IMG/VR virus record: IMGVR_UViG_3300044726_000026
Coordinates: 464 to 64,463 of that record
Reading direction: 5' to 3' (one strand)
Origin: a virus
Lineage: Duplodnaviria > Caudoviricetes
DNA: 64,000 nt
In this document: piece after piece, positions 50,735 to 59,625 of the stretch
Layout of the letters: every line of letters begins with the position of its first letter
How positions within the stretch are numbered: the first letter of the stretch is position 1
Program-made: the position numbers and the translations under genes
The notes under the pieces: generated by a model
Seen by the model: only the letters and a program-made list of their open reading frames with translations
Databases searched by the model: none
What the model was told of the DNA's origin: nothing

Positions 50735-50920
50735 TCATGCCTCGGCGTCGGAAGTTACTTCTGCTGGTCTAACTATCCAGCCTTGAGCCATTAGCTTCTC
50801 CCGGCTCTCCTTGGTGTTGGGCATCTGTTTGAGCGCCACCAATCGGCTCCATGCGCCCTCTTCCGATACGAACTTGTTGGCCCAGGTCAGACCGTATCGG
50901 GTGACTACTTTGTATTGCAT
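50735..50920 (-). CDS. hypothetical protein
   Basis: MQYKVVTRYG...; GGAG RBS. Confidence 0.5.
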   Translation of the reverse strand: MQYKVVTRYGLTWANKFVSEEGAWSRLVALKQMPNTKESREKLMAQGWIVRPAEVTSDAEA

Positions 50921-50935
50921 CACCATCTCCATGCG

Positions 50936-50964
50936 AAAAAGGCGGGGCCTCGCGACCCCGCCTG
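50936..50964 (-). terminator. rho-independent terminator after ParB-like gene A
   Basis: Minus strand: AGGCGGGGTC-GCGA-GGCCCCGCCT-TTTT. Confidence 0.75.
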
Positions 50965-50987
50965 TCATCGGAAGTAACTTCCGGCGA

Positions 50988-52220
50988 TTAGAGTTCGCCG
51001 GTAGCCGGTTCGGCAATGCCGAGTGCCCGCAGATCAGGGGCATCGTCACCTTCCTTCTCGTTGTCGTCATCGTCCTCGGACAGATCGTCTTCGTCATCGT
51101 CCGGGCCGAGTTCGTCATCGACAGACGCGGCGGGCTTTTTGCCGGCGGTCTTCGCGGCTTTCGCTGCTGCCTTCTCGGCAAGCACCTTGGCCGCAGCCTC
51201 GTCTTCCGCCGCCAGTTCATCGACTGTCTTCGCCCGCTGGATTTTGACCTCGAACGAGATGTCGGAGACGGCGATCTTTTTCTTGGGCGAGCGGGTGCCC
51301 TTGAACCAAGTCTCGTCGTCTTCGATCAGCGGCATGAACTTCTCCACGTCCTCGTAGAGAAATTCAACACCCTCCTTGACCGCGAAGTTCATCCGCGTGG
51401 TGGCCATCATGTTGCGCGGCGGCTTCTCCCCGTTGGCTTCGAGGGTCTTCCGCGTCAGCTTGTCGACTTTCTTCTGCTCATTCTCAGCCGCACGGGCGTC
51501 GGCCTTCGCGAGAGCGTCCATGATCTTCTGGCCGGTGGGGTCTTTGCGAAGCTGTGCAATCGCCTCATAGGCCGCGATCCGGTTGTCGCGGATCGCATCA
51601 CGCACGCCCTTCGGTGCGTTGATGATCGTCTTCAGGTCGCGAACGTGCTTGTTCGTGACACCAAGGCGGGCGGCGATATCGTCGTCGTCCATGCCGGTCT
51701 TCATCATGCGGTTGGCAAGGACGGCACGCTCCAAGATCGTCGGACGAACGCCGGTGTTCTCTTTCCACAGAGACACCGCCAGATCCATGTCAGACGATCC
51801 CGGCTTCTTCATCACGACAGGCAGACGGGAGATGTCCGCCCCTTCGCTCGCCGCCAACATGGCGGCTTCGTACCGGCGATGGCCCGAGATCAGAGCCAAC
51901 TTGGCTTCACCACCAAACTCGGCGGGGAACACACCGAGCGGCTGGGTGTCGTAGAAGCCCTCCATTTTCATGGCGTCGGCCAGTTCACGGATGCCGTCCT
52001 TGTACTCCTGGGTATCCGTCACACGCAGGTTGAACCCAGGCACCACGGTAATGCCGTCGAGGTCAACCATGTACAGCTTGCCGGTCTTGGTCGCACCGGA
52101 GTAGGCGAGTGCATCCCCGGACGTACTGGGGTCGAACTCGATCATCTTCATACTCACCCGGTTGGGTGGAGGGGCTTTCGCCCTCGGCGCTTTGGCCGCA
52201 GCTTTTGCTTGTTTTGCCAT
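50988..52220 (-). CDS. ParB-like protein A (N-domain, HTH, acidic C-terminus)
   Basis: PGFNLR, LISGHRRYEA, ENTG, HTH MDDDDIAARLGVTNKHVRD; start set at 52220 because the longer ORF overlaps its promoter. Confidence 0.85.
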   Translation of the reverse strand: MAKQAKAAAKAPRAKAPPPNRVSMKMIEFDPSTSGDALAYSGATKTGKLYMVDLDGITVVPGFNLRVTDTQEYKDGIRELADAMKMEGFYDTQPLGVFPAEFGGEAKLALISGHRRYEAAMLAASEGADISRLPVVMKKPGSSDMDLAVSLWKENTGVRPTILERAVLANRMMKTGMDDDDIAARLGVTNKHVRDLKTIINAPKGVRDAIRDNRIAAYEAIAQLRKDPTGQKIMDALAKADARAAENEQKKVDKLTRKTLEANGEKPPRNMMATTRMNFAVKEGVEFLYEDVEKFMPLIEDDETWFKGTRSPKKKIAVSDISFEVKIQRAKTVDELAAEDEAAAKVLAEKAAAKAAKTAGKKPAASVDDELGPDDDEDDLSEDDDDNEKEGDDAPDLRALGIAEPATGEL

Positions 52221-52280
52221 TGGAAGACGCTTGCCTTTCAGGTTGTTCGAACCGGGGAGGGTGTCTCCCTCGGTCCTCAG

Positions 52281-52309
52281 AGTTAAGCACCATGCGATTT
52301 GCATGTCAA
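52281..52309 (-). promoter_or_regulatory. sigma70-like promoter of ParB-like gene A
   Basis: TTGACA-N17-TTAACT; palindrome 9 bp upstream of the -35. Confidence 0.65.
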
Positions 52310-52336
52310 GTCAGTTGGTGAAGTTACTTCCGAAAA

Positions 52337-52771
52337 TTATCGGTTCCAGAGGAACAGTCCGACCCGCCAATAACCGTCGTGGCAGGGGCCTCGGATCGAG
52401 TGTTCCCCGGCTGGTGTGGCGGGATCGTGTACCACCGCGCCGCCCTTAGCGACGACACAGTGGATGTGATACGTGTTCGTCCGACCTATCAAAAGATAGG
52501 TCGTCTCAGGCATTACATTGTGCATGTTCTCCAACAGGTTGTTGAGGGTGGGCAACTGGAACCCGAACTCCGCGTAGGTGTGACCGTGTGGTGCGAGCCA
52601 CTTACGCAGCTTCCGGGTGCCGACAGGAGTCACCAGATGGCCGTTGCCCGTAGTCTGATTGAAATTGGGGATCGCCGCGAGGCCCATATCCATCACCGAT
52701 GCGATACAGGCCGCGAAGCAGTCCCCAGGATCACCGGTCTTAGCGCCGGTTCGCTGGTAGATTAGTTTCAT
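52337..52771 (-). CDS. hypothetical protein, possible Cys-His-Asp papain-like fold
   Basis: Q...GDCFAACIAS...HCVV.....VHDP. Confidence 0.6.
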   Translation of the reverse strand: MKLIYQRTGAKTGDPGDCFAACIASVMDMGLAAIPNFNQTTGNGHLVTPVGTRKLRKWLAPHGHTYAEFGFQLPTLNNLLENMHNVMPETTYLLIGRTNTYHIHCVVAKGGAVVHDPATPAGEHSIRGPCHDGYWRVGLFLWNR

Positions 52772-52787
52772 GGGAAGTTACTTCCTC

Positions 52788-53060
52788 CTATTCCACTCGG
52801 GTAATCATAAGCACGGCACCGATATCCCTGGACGCCGTGCGCCCTTCGAATGTCTCGGTGCTGAACCTACGCCCGGTGCGCTCTTGTATGCGCTGGACGG
52901 TTGGCTGCATCCCTAGTCGGAGGGTACGCAGGTACTCCCTGGGGACGTGCTTCAGCGTTTCGTCGGCGTCGAACCTCGCGCCGCGCATCAGGCACTCACC
53001 GATCTCCAGGGCTTCTATCTGTGCCCGATAGGAGACATTTTCGTCGATAGTCGTGGACAT
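52788..53060 (-). CDS. hypothetical protein
   Basis: AAAGGA RBS; operon packing. Confidence 0.6.
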   Translation of the reverse strand: MSTTIDENVSYRAQIEALEIGECLMRGARFDADETLKHVPREYLRTLRLGMQPTVQRIQERTGRRFSTETFEGRTASRDIGAVLMITRVE

Positions 53061-53070
53061 GGCATTCCTT

Positions 53071-53346
53071 TCACGCAGCGTCAGGGGTGGGAGGTTCAGT
53101 CTTCACGAAGCCCGGCAGGAGATCGACCTGAAACGACAGTTTGGTCTTGCCGACTCGGCACAGGTACCGCTCCAGCAGACCGTCATAGCCGGTATTCTTT
53201 TCCTCCAAGGCTATCATGGTCATAACGACTTCGGGGTCTTTCTCACCTGTCAGATTACGCACCGTCTTGAAGTCAACTTCACGATGCGGTGTCGCTGTAT
53301 GGAAGGTTCTCTTATAGGCTTCTTCGAGTTGGCTCAGTTTTATCAT
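53071..53346 (-). CDS. hypothetical protein
   Basis: GAGG RBS; first gene after the promoter. Confidence 0.6.
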   Translation of the reverse strand: MIKLSQLEEAYKRTFHTATPHREVDFKTVRNLTGEKDPEVVMTMIALEEKNTGYDGLLERYLCRVGKTKLSFQVDLLPGFVKTEPPTPDAA

Positions 53347-53398
53347 CTGGTTTCCTCGGAAGTTACTTCCGACCGAAAGGGATTTTCGATCGTCAGAA

Positions 53399-53427
53399 AG
53401 CATAGCGCCACGCAAAACGTATGTCAA
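53399..53427 (-). promoter_or_regulatory. sigma70-like early promoter (leftward)
   Basis: TTGACA-N17-TATGCT. Confidence 0.8.
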
Positions 53428-53441
53428 GTTGAGTCTGACGT

Positions 53442-53534
53442 GCGTAGTGGCGGAGTGGGTGGGCGTGCGTAGTGGCGGAGTGGGTACGGCGCGTAGTGGC
53501 GGAGTGGGTAAGGGCGCGTAGTGGCGGAGTGGGT
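53442..53534. repeat. four 19-bp direct repeats, 24-25 bp period
   Basis: GCGTAGTGGCGGAGTGGGT at 53442, 53467, 53491 and 53516. Confidence 0.95.
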
Positions 53535-53811
53535 AACACGGACGCGGGCTTCACGCATGGGCGGGGGTTCTCTCGCCGGGGACGCTCGCTCGCGTGTGCA
53601 TGTGCGCGTACGCAAGCGTGTGCGGGTACCCACGGGTACACGTGATGGCGCATGACCCTACGTGTGGGTACGCGTACGCGCGTGCGAGATCGTGTAGCGT
53701 GCGCGCATGACAACGCGCGTGATACGCGCCCGGTTTTCATGTGATCGCGATCCGCGCGAGCGCATGTGTCGGCTGAAGTCACTTCCACCGTGTTGTGGGG
53801 CAAAACATGGC

Positions 53812-53840
53812 TTGACATACATTTTGCAGGGTAGTATGCT
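53812..53840 (+). promoter_or_regulatory. sigma70-like early promoter (rightward)
   Basis: TTGACA-N17-TATGCT. Confidence 0.8.
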
Positions 53841-53914
53841 TGCTGACGGTCGAAAACCGACCGAGTTCCTCGGCAAATGGCCGAGGAAGTAACTTCCAAG
53901 CGGAGCAAAAAATC

Positions 53915-54109
53915 GTGGCTCATAACGTCGAATACGCCGTCAAGGGCACCAAGCTGGTCATCACGATGGACATCAGTCCCGCGTCGATCAACGCGGCCCC
54001 GCCGTCCCAGACCGGCAAGACCAATTTGGTCGCGTCCACTGGCGGTTCGGTGAAGGTTGACGGCAAGGACGGTTTGTCCTTCTCGGTCAACCTGATGCAG
54101 AAGAAGTAA
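53915..54109 (+). CDS. small conserved hypothetical protein
   Basis: GTG start; PSQTGKTNLVASTGG. Confidence 0.7.
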   Translation: MAHNVEYAVKGTKLVITMDISPASINAAPPSQTGKTNLVASTGGSVKVDGKDGLSFSVNLMQKK

Positions 54110-54157
54110 CTTCCACTTTGGCGGGGCTTCGGCCCCGCCGCATCGGAGCAAATCGAA

Positions 54158-54358
54158 ATGGCAAAAACACCAGTCCCCGACGGGGAATGGCTCAAGACCG
54201 CGCCCATCAAGCAGATCAAGGTGCGGGTCTGCTCGCACATGATCCTGTTGCCCTCGCACTATCGCGAGAACGGGACGTGCAAGTGCGACGATCCGGGCGA
54301 ACTCGTCATGCGTGAGTGGGGCTACAAGTGGAGCCGGGAAAAGGGGCTTTGGGTCTAA
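54158..54358 (+). CDS. small Cys/His protein (paralog of 48454-48630)
   Basis: CSHMILLPSHYRENGTCKCDD...MREWG. Confidence 0.65.
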   Translation: MAKTPVPDGEWLKTAPIKQIKVRVCSHMILLPSHYRENGTCKCDDPGELVMREWGYKWSREKGLWV

Positions 54359-54540
54359 TGGCACAGGTCAGTCAGGATACCTTGCGGATCGACATTCTCC
54401 GCGAGGCGCGGGACCGCTATCTGGCGGTACGCAACATGCACCACGTCACCAATGCGGAGGCGTCGTTGTGCAGTCTGAAAATCGCCGAATGCGAGGCGAT
54501 GTTGCGCGAACTGCTGGAAATTCCAGCCGACGCGCCGTGA
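54358..54540 (+). CDS. hypothetical protein
   Basis: TAATG coupling to the previous gene. Confidence 0.55.
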   Translation: MAQVSQDTLRIDILREARDRYLAVRNMHHVTNAEASLCSLKIAECEAMLRELLEIPADAP

Positions 54541-54568
54541 AGTAACTTCGACAACAGGAGCAAAACCA

Positions 54569-54862
54569 GTGGCTTTGGCAGAAATCGTTAAGGAACTGGC
54601 GGCACTCACCGTGCCCCAGTACATCACCCGCGAGAACGTGGACGAGTTGCTCGACAAGGGCATGATCGAGGTCCACATGAACAGCGGCAAGTGGTGGCGT
54701 GTGCGTCGCAACGGTCGCACGCAGAAGTGGAAGCGCGACCCCTCGCGCATCCGCATCCCGTTCAAGTTCGGCTTGAAGGGTTGCGGGGCTTTCGAGACGC
54801 AGGACTTCAACGGGCCGCACGGCTCGTTGCGGACGGATTACTTCCGCGTGGCACCCAACTAG
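54569..54862 (+). CDS. hypothetical basic protein
   Basis: AACAGGAGCAAAAC RBS; RRNGRTQKWKRDP.R.RIP.K.G. Confidence 0.7.
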   Translation: MALAEIVKELAALTVPQYITRENVDELLDKGMIEVHMNSGKWWRVRRNGRTQKWKRDPSRIRIPFKFGLKGCGAFETQDFNGPHGSLRTDYFRVAPN

Positions 54863-54866
54863 GAGC

Positions 54867-55154
54867 ATGAGAATGGCCGTGACTGAAACCTACGAGGAAA
54901 CCCTCATCAACTACGTCTGGTTCATCGAGTTCGAACGGGTGGAGGGTGGGGTGAAGTTACTTCGCAACTACCGCCTCCGGTTCAACAATCCCGACCGGCC
55001 CACGTCCCTCGGCGCGGGCCACACCATCGAGCGGACGGACGGCTCGCGTATCGTGGAGTCGGTCGAGATCGTCCCCTACAAGACCAACAAAAAAGAGGTC
55101 CACAAGGTCGTCAATCCGAAGCACGTCTTCTCCTACGAGAGCGAGGCGAACTGA
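54867..55154 (+). CDS. hypothetical protein
   Basis: AGGAG RBS. Confidence 0.6.
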   Translation: MRMAVTETYEETLINYVWFIEFERVEGGVKLLRNYRLRFNNPDRPTSLGAGHTIERTDGSRIVESVEIVPYKTNKKEVHKVVNPKHVFSYESEAN

Positions 55155-55233
55155 CCGGTTTCGCGGACGGTTGCCGGGGCTACGGCCCCGGCAACAGCCT
55201 GGGAAACCCAGGAAGTTACTTCCACCAACAGAT

Positions 55234-55262
55234 TTGACATACACTCCGCGTGGTGGTAGTAT
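55234..55262 (+). promoter_or_regulatory. sigma70-like early promoter
   Basis: TTGACA-N17-TAGTAT. Confidence 0.7.
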
Positions 55263-55289
55263 TCTGAACCATCAACAAAAGGACCAAGC

Positions 55290-55532
55290 GTGGAAGAACT
55301 AAAAACCAAGCGTTATTGGCGTGGGTCCGCTCCCGTCAAATGTGACCTGTCGGAGCATAAGCCCGGCAAGCACGACATCGGCAACAACTTCATTGATGGC
55401 AAAACCACCATGGGACCGTGGGCCATCATGTGCTTGCGCTGTTCACGCATGTACGGCGTGGGCGTCGGAACCGGTCGAGGCCAACATTACCAGAAACAAG
55501 AAGATGGTCAGTGGCTGAAGATCGACGGCTAG
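55290..55532 (+). CDS. small Zn-binding hypothetical protein
   Basis: CD...FIDGKT..GPWAIMC..C...G.G.GTGRGQ.Y. Confidence 0.7.
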   Translation: MEELKTKRYWRGSAPVKCDLSEHKPGKHDIGNNFIDGKTTMGPWAIMCLRCSRMYGVGVGTGRGQHYQKQEDGQWLKIDG

Positions 55533-55585
55533 GAAGTAACTTCGGCGGCGGGGCTTTTCCCGCCGCCGCTCTAGGAGCAACACAA

Positions 55586-56044
55586 ATGCAAAATCCACAA
55601 GAACAGGACTTCGACGACCGGACCTATCAGGACGGCGTGGACAAGGCGTGCGAGGTCATCGCGATTGCCTTGCGTGAGTGGGCCAGCCCCGCCGTTGGGC
55701 TGGGAGAGGATGTCGCGAAGGCTGTCGCCATCGCCCTCGACAACGCCAACATCGGCGCACACGCCTACATCTTCCGGGCCATCGTGAACGACACGCCGAA
55801 CAAGTGGCGCGAGGTCACGGAGGAACGGTACGACGAGATGCTTGGTGTCCTGCCGCCTATCGCCTGGACCGACTATGGGTTCCTCGTGGGCGAGCCGTGG
55901 GACCACCATCCGATCTACGGGTTCTCGCGCTACACGGCCATGCTCCAGTACTGCGGGCGCTTCTACGAGAGCACCCGTCCCGTGGGCGTGAAGGCGTGGA
56001 AGACGCTCGACCTGACGACCCTCGTGCGGGACATCCTCCCGTGA
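55586..56044 (+). CDS. hypothetical protein (DUF1419-like C-domain)
   Basis: WREVTEERYDEMLGVLPP...FLVGEP; AGGAG RBS. Confidence 0.6.
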   Translation: MQNPQEQDFDDRTYQDGVDKACEVIAIALREWASPAVGLGEDVAKAVAIALDNANIGAHAYIFRAIVNDTPNKWREVTEERYDEMLGVLPPIAWTDYGFLVGEPWDHHPIYGFSRYTAMLQYCGRFYESTRPVGVKAWKTLDLTTLVRDILP

Positions 56045-56283
56045 GAGGCTACCGGCTGTACTGGTGTACCTACTGGCGGCGCTACTTGGATACCATGCCG
56101 CCTCTGGTCATCTTCGTCGCCACGGACGGCACGGCTTATGCCGCTGCCGATCCGATGAAGTTACTTCGGCAGAAGCGCCTTGGGAAAGCGCCGAAGCCGA
56201 AGGCGGTTCGACCGAAACGTCACCGGTTCGTGAAGCCGAAGATACCGAAGCCAACCCATGAAGCGCCCCGGAGGGCACAATGA
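56041..56283 (+). CDS. basic hypothetical protein
   Basis: GTGA and ATGA overlaps with neighbours. Confidence 0.45.
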   Translation: MRGYRLYWCTYWRRYLDTMPPLVIFVATDGTAYAAADPMKLLRQKRLGKAPKPKAVRPKRHRFVKPKIPKPTHEAPRRAQ

Positions 56284-56636
56284 GACGACGTTTCGAACTC
56301 TACTTCGACTGCGATAACGACAGCTTCACTGATCCCGGCCTCGTGGCCGGGATCAAGCGCACGTTGAAACTCGTGCGCTGGATGATCGGCAACAGTTTCG
56401 ACCTGAGCAAAGGTAACGCCTCTGCACGGACCATCATGGACGGCAACGGCAACACCGTGGGCGAGTGGCGCTATCGCGTGATGCCCGACCACATGCGGAT
56501 CGTGGGTGTGCTTGGCCTGTGGTACGGCGACACGCCGCTGCCCGAGGGCTGGCGCTTTATGTTTGATCAGGACAAGAAGGCCAAGATCCGTTTCATCACC
56601 AACATGGAAGGAGGACCGTCCTATGAGCCAAGGTAA
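56280..56636 (+). CDS. hypothetical protein
   Basis: IMDGNGNTVGEW; GGAGG RBS. Confidence 0.6.
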   Translation: MRRRFELYFDCDNDSFTDPGLVAGIKRTLKLVRWMIGNSFDLSKGNASARTIMDGNGNTVGEWRYRVMPDHMRIVGVLGLWYGDTPLPEGWRFMFDQDKKAKIRFITNMEGGPSYEPR

Positions 56637-56967
56637 CAAGGCGAAGGACATGATCCGCGCCGTCGTCGAGAAGGCGATTGCTGACGGTGCGATACCCGTT
56701 GAGGAAATCCCCGCCGTTCGGAAGTTACTTCCGAAGACGACGGCAATTCGTAAGCGCACCGGGCCGAGTGCGGGGGCCACGTACGTCGATGACAATTTCG
56801 GCGTCTACGAAATCCGCGATGGCGATGATGTGCAGTTCTACTTCGCGATGCAACGCAAGTCGGTGCTGAAAACCTGCGTAGACTGCGGTCGCAAGGTCCG
56901 CATCAGCCCCGACTACGAGTGCTGCAATTCCTGCGCCGATGCCCGTGAGAGGGGCTGGGGCGGCTAG
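56623..56967 (+). CDS. zinc-ribbon hypothetical protein
   Basis: CVDC...CNSC; GGAGGA RBS. Confidence 0.6.
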   Translation: MSQGNKAKDMIRAVVEKAIADGAIPVEEIPAVRKLLPKTTAIRKRTGPSAGATYVDDNFGVYEIRDGDDVQFYFAMQRKSVLKTCVDCGRKVRISPDYECCNSCADARERGWGG

Positions 56968-56993
56968 ACATTCATTTTGCAGTGTGCTAGACT
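56965..56993 (+). promoter_or_regulatory. sigma70-like early promoter (variant)
   Basis: TAGACA-N17-TAGACT; spacer resembles the other early promoters. Confidence 0.55.
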
Positions 56994-57062
56994 TGGCAAG
57001 ATCGGAATGAAGGCCGGGGGTTCCGATCCGGAAGTTACTTCCCCGGCCCAGGAGCAAAACTA

Positions 57063-57521
57063 ATGTCGAACCAAGTCGAAATGCGAACGCTGTTCGTTCG
57101 AAAGCGTCGAGAGATCGTCGAGCAGATCGTCAAGCTGGAAGCCAAGCTGGCCGTGTACGACGATCTGCTGGCCGAACTGCCCGATAACGTGTTCCCCACC
57201 TACAAGGGAACGGGTAAGGCGGTGACGGTCGAGGCGGCGCAACCCCTGGCTTTCGAGAAGCCCGCGAAGCGGACCTACTCCAAGCGGGAAAGCCGTGGTC
57301 CGAGCGCGACGGACGCCATCGAACTGGCGTTGGAAGCGGCAGGCGACAAGGGTGTCACCGCACGAGAAGTGGCGTCGGTGGCCGGAATGCCGACCGGTAC
57401 CGCATCGGGCCGGTTGTCGCTGATGAAGGCCGAAGGCAGGGTCAGGCATGACCCGCCGCGCTATTTCGCCGTGCATAGCAAGCACGAGGACAACAACGTC
57501 GATCAGGGGAGGGGGGAATGA
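57063..57521 (+). CDS. coiled-coil plus C-terminal winged-helix DNA-binding protein
   Basis: VTAREVASVAGMPTGTASGRLSLMKAEGRV. Confidence 0.7.
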   Translation: MSNQVEMRTLFVRKRREIVEQIVKLEAKLAVYDDLLAELPDNVFPTYKGTGKAVTVEAAQPLAFEKPAKRTYSKRESRGPSATDAIELALEAAGDKGVTAREVASVAGMPTGTASGRLSLMKAEGRVRHDPPRYFAVHSKHEDNNVDQGRGE

Positions 57522-57859
57522 CCTTTCGAATTTCGCCAAAGCCCGCCAAGAATACGGGTGGGTACCAGCAGGCGGTGTACCTGAAACGGACGCTAGAAGC
57601 CGGGGGGTGGGAGGCCGCGCTCGAACAGCGCGGCGCGACGCCCGAGCATAACGTGCTGATGTCCGCCGTGTGGGCAATCGCCTTCCCGCGTGAGGGCGTG
57701 ACCAAGCTGTCGTACGAGAACCACGAAATCACGTTCGACTACACGTTCAAGCCCACGCAGAAAATGTCCATCGAGGTCGATGGCTTTCCGATCTCGTGGC
57801 ACATCGTCGCGTTGAAGATCATGCTGCTCGATGACGATGAGGAAGTTACTTCCCCATGA
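57518..57859 (+). CDS. hypothetical protein
   Basis: ATGA overlaps. Confidence 0.6.
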   Translation: MTFRISPKPAKNTGGYQQAVYLKRTLEAGGWEAALEQRGATPEHNVLMSAVWAIAFPREGVTKLSYENHEITFDYTFKPTQKMSIEVDGFPISWHIVALKIMLLDDDEEVTSP

Positions 57860-58059
57860 AGATGCACCCATCAGTCACCCTGGATCGTGTCGTTGCCGCC
57901 GTGCGGCGCTACAACGAGACGACCGACAACCCAGGCATCTGCATCGCTTGCGGGGCCGACGCCGAGGATGTCGAGCCTGATGCCCGTGCCTACGAGTGCG
58001 ACCATTGCGGTTCTCATCGCGTCTACGGCGCGGAAGAACTGCTGATGATGCTGGCATGA
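57856..58059 (+). CDS. zinc-ribbon protein
   Basis: GICIACG...VEPDA..YECDHCG...VYGAEEL. Confidence 0.7.
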   Translation: MKMHPSVTLDRVVAAVRRYNETTDNPGICIACGADAEDVEPDARAYECDHCGSHRVYGAEELLMMLA

Positions 58060-58394
58060 AGTTACTTCTCCTGGTCGTGGCGCTCGCCACGACCAGTTGC
58101 GCGTCGAGGCAGTACGTCTCGACGTGCTCATCCATACCGGGGCAGAACCCGGCCTATTTCGAGGCATTCGATAAGCAATGGGGATCTGACACACGCCACA
58201 GCGCCGGGTACCTCGACGCCGTGGCGCAGGAGAAGGCCGGGAACTGTTCCGCCGTGTTCGACTACCTGAACCCCGGCTACCGGCAAACCGAGGCGTACAG
58301 CGCCGAACTACGCGGCGCGCTTCGCAGTGCCTACGAGACAGACCTGGCTCTGGCTCCGTGGTACTACTACCGCTACCGTCCCTATCACCGCTAA
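58056..58394 (+). CDS. putative lipoprotein
   Basis: MKLLLLVVALATTSC lipobox-like signal. Confidence 0.6.
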   Translation: MKLLLLVVALATTSCASRQYVSTCSSIPGQNPAYFEAFDKQWGSDTRHSAGYLDAVAQEKAGNCSAVFDYLNPGYRQTEAYSAELRGALRSAYETDLALAPWYYYRYRPYHR

Positions 58395-58411
58395 CAACAG
58401 GAGCAAAACCC

Positions 58412-58993
58412 ATGACCGAGATCGACGAGATCGTCGCGAATATCCCGCTTGCCGGGATGTCCTCGCGCGTCGCGTGCCGCCGAAAGGTGGAAGAACTGAT
58501 GGAAGGAGAAAACGAAACAATAAAAACCCAGGTGGTCGATGCCTTATGGGATCGCTACGTCGAGGGCTGGCCGCATGACCTGTTCGTCAAGCGGTTGCTG
58601 GAAGTTACTTCCGGCCAGAAGGTCGGTTGCATCCTGCGCGTCATGTTCAACGACCCGCGCCAGTACCAGCCGCGCTATGACCGTCAGGCGATCATCACGT
58701 CCGACGGGTACCTCATGTGCGGGTTCACGGACACGAAGGGGGACTATCACCCCGGCGCGTTTGTCGGTTCGGCGTTCGAACTGACGCGCAACCTGATCGC
58801 CGTTTGCGTGTTCGCCAAATTGAGCGGCGATGAAATCCTGGCGCTTGGGGACGCCGCTGATAGTTGGATCGGGACCGACTATCGGGCCGGGGCTTCGTAC
58901 CCGCCGAGGCTGGTCCTGAACACCGCCGAGAGCGAGCGCGCATCGCAAGAGGCGCTGGCCATCTATGGGGAGCATATGAAACCCCCAACTTGA
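58412..58993 (+). CDS. hypothetical protein
   Basis: AACAGGAGCAAAAC RBS. Confidence 0.65.
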   Translation: MTEIDEIVANIPLAGMSSRVACRRKVEELMEGENETIKTQVVDALWDRYVEGWPHDLFVKRLLEVTSGQKVGCILRVMFNDPRQYQPRYDRQAIITSDGYLMCGFTDTKGDYHPGAFVGSAFELTRNLIAVCVFAKLSGDEILALGDAADSWIGTDYRAGASYPPRLVLNTAESERASQEALAIYGEHMKPPT

Positions 58994-59018
58994 CATACGT
59001 TTTGCGTGGTGGTATGAT
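58990..59018 (+). promoter_or_regulatory. sigma70-like early promoter
   Basis: TTGACA-N17-TATGAT; spacer nearly identical to the 53399-53427 promoter. Confidence 0.8.
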
Positions 59019-59198
59019 TGGACATGATCGAAAAGGGGGCCGGGTCGATCAGGAAGTTACTTCCGGCCCATCAACAGGAGCAACGATGCCACCCAAACCG
59101 AAGTGCCTGACACCCCGCAAATGCGTCATCCCGCATGGGTGGTATCGGGCTTTTTGCGAAAAGTGTCAGGCTACCAAAAAGCAACAGGAGCAAAACCA

Positions 59199-59405
59199 AT
59201 GCGTCTCCGAGCAGTGCGTAATCTCAGGCGTGGCGACCGCATCGCCCTGGACGCGCCGGAGGAACCCCTCGTTGAAGTGGTATCGGTAGATACCGCCGAC
59301 GCGCCGGGGTACTACGGCGTCAGGATGAGGATCATCGGCGGCGTCGAGTGCCGACCGATGGTCAACGCGGTCTGGCCGGGTGACGATCTGGTCGAGTTGG
59401 CCTGA
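59199..59405 (+). CDS. hypothetical protein
   Basis: AACAGGAGCAAAAC RBS. Confidence 0.55.
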   Translation: MRLRAVRNLRRGDRIALDAPEEPLVEVVSVDTADAPGYYGVRMRIIGGVECRPMVNAVWPGDDLVELA

Positions 59406-59602
59406 TGTTCGGCACCTATTCACGGCTGCGCCTCCACGTCAGCGCGAGCGACACGGAGGTCGTGCGAGCGGCACGCAGGATGCTGGACATGCGGAAGTGC
59501 CTCGGCACTCGCAAGCTGCGTCAAGCTCGACGCCGCTTCTACCGGCAAATGCTGAAATTTCACCACGACAATCAGGCGATGTTTCGGCGCTACCGTTTCT
59601 GA
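59405..59602 (+). CDS. basic hypothetical protein
   Basis: TGATG coupling. Confidence 0.6.
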   Translation: MFGTYSRLRLHVSASDTEVVRAARRMLDMRKCLGTRKLRQARRRFYRQMLKFHHDNQAMFRRYRF

Positions 59603-59625
59603 AGTTACTTCCAAAGGAAAAAATC

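Noticed and set aside
50811-52286. 491-aa plus-strand ORF, and similar long ORFs at 53393-54364, 59674-61086, 41106-42341 and 20240-21460
   Set aside because: Antisense to well-supported genes or running through repeat tracts in GC-rich DNA, with no recognisable motifs.
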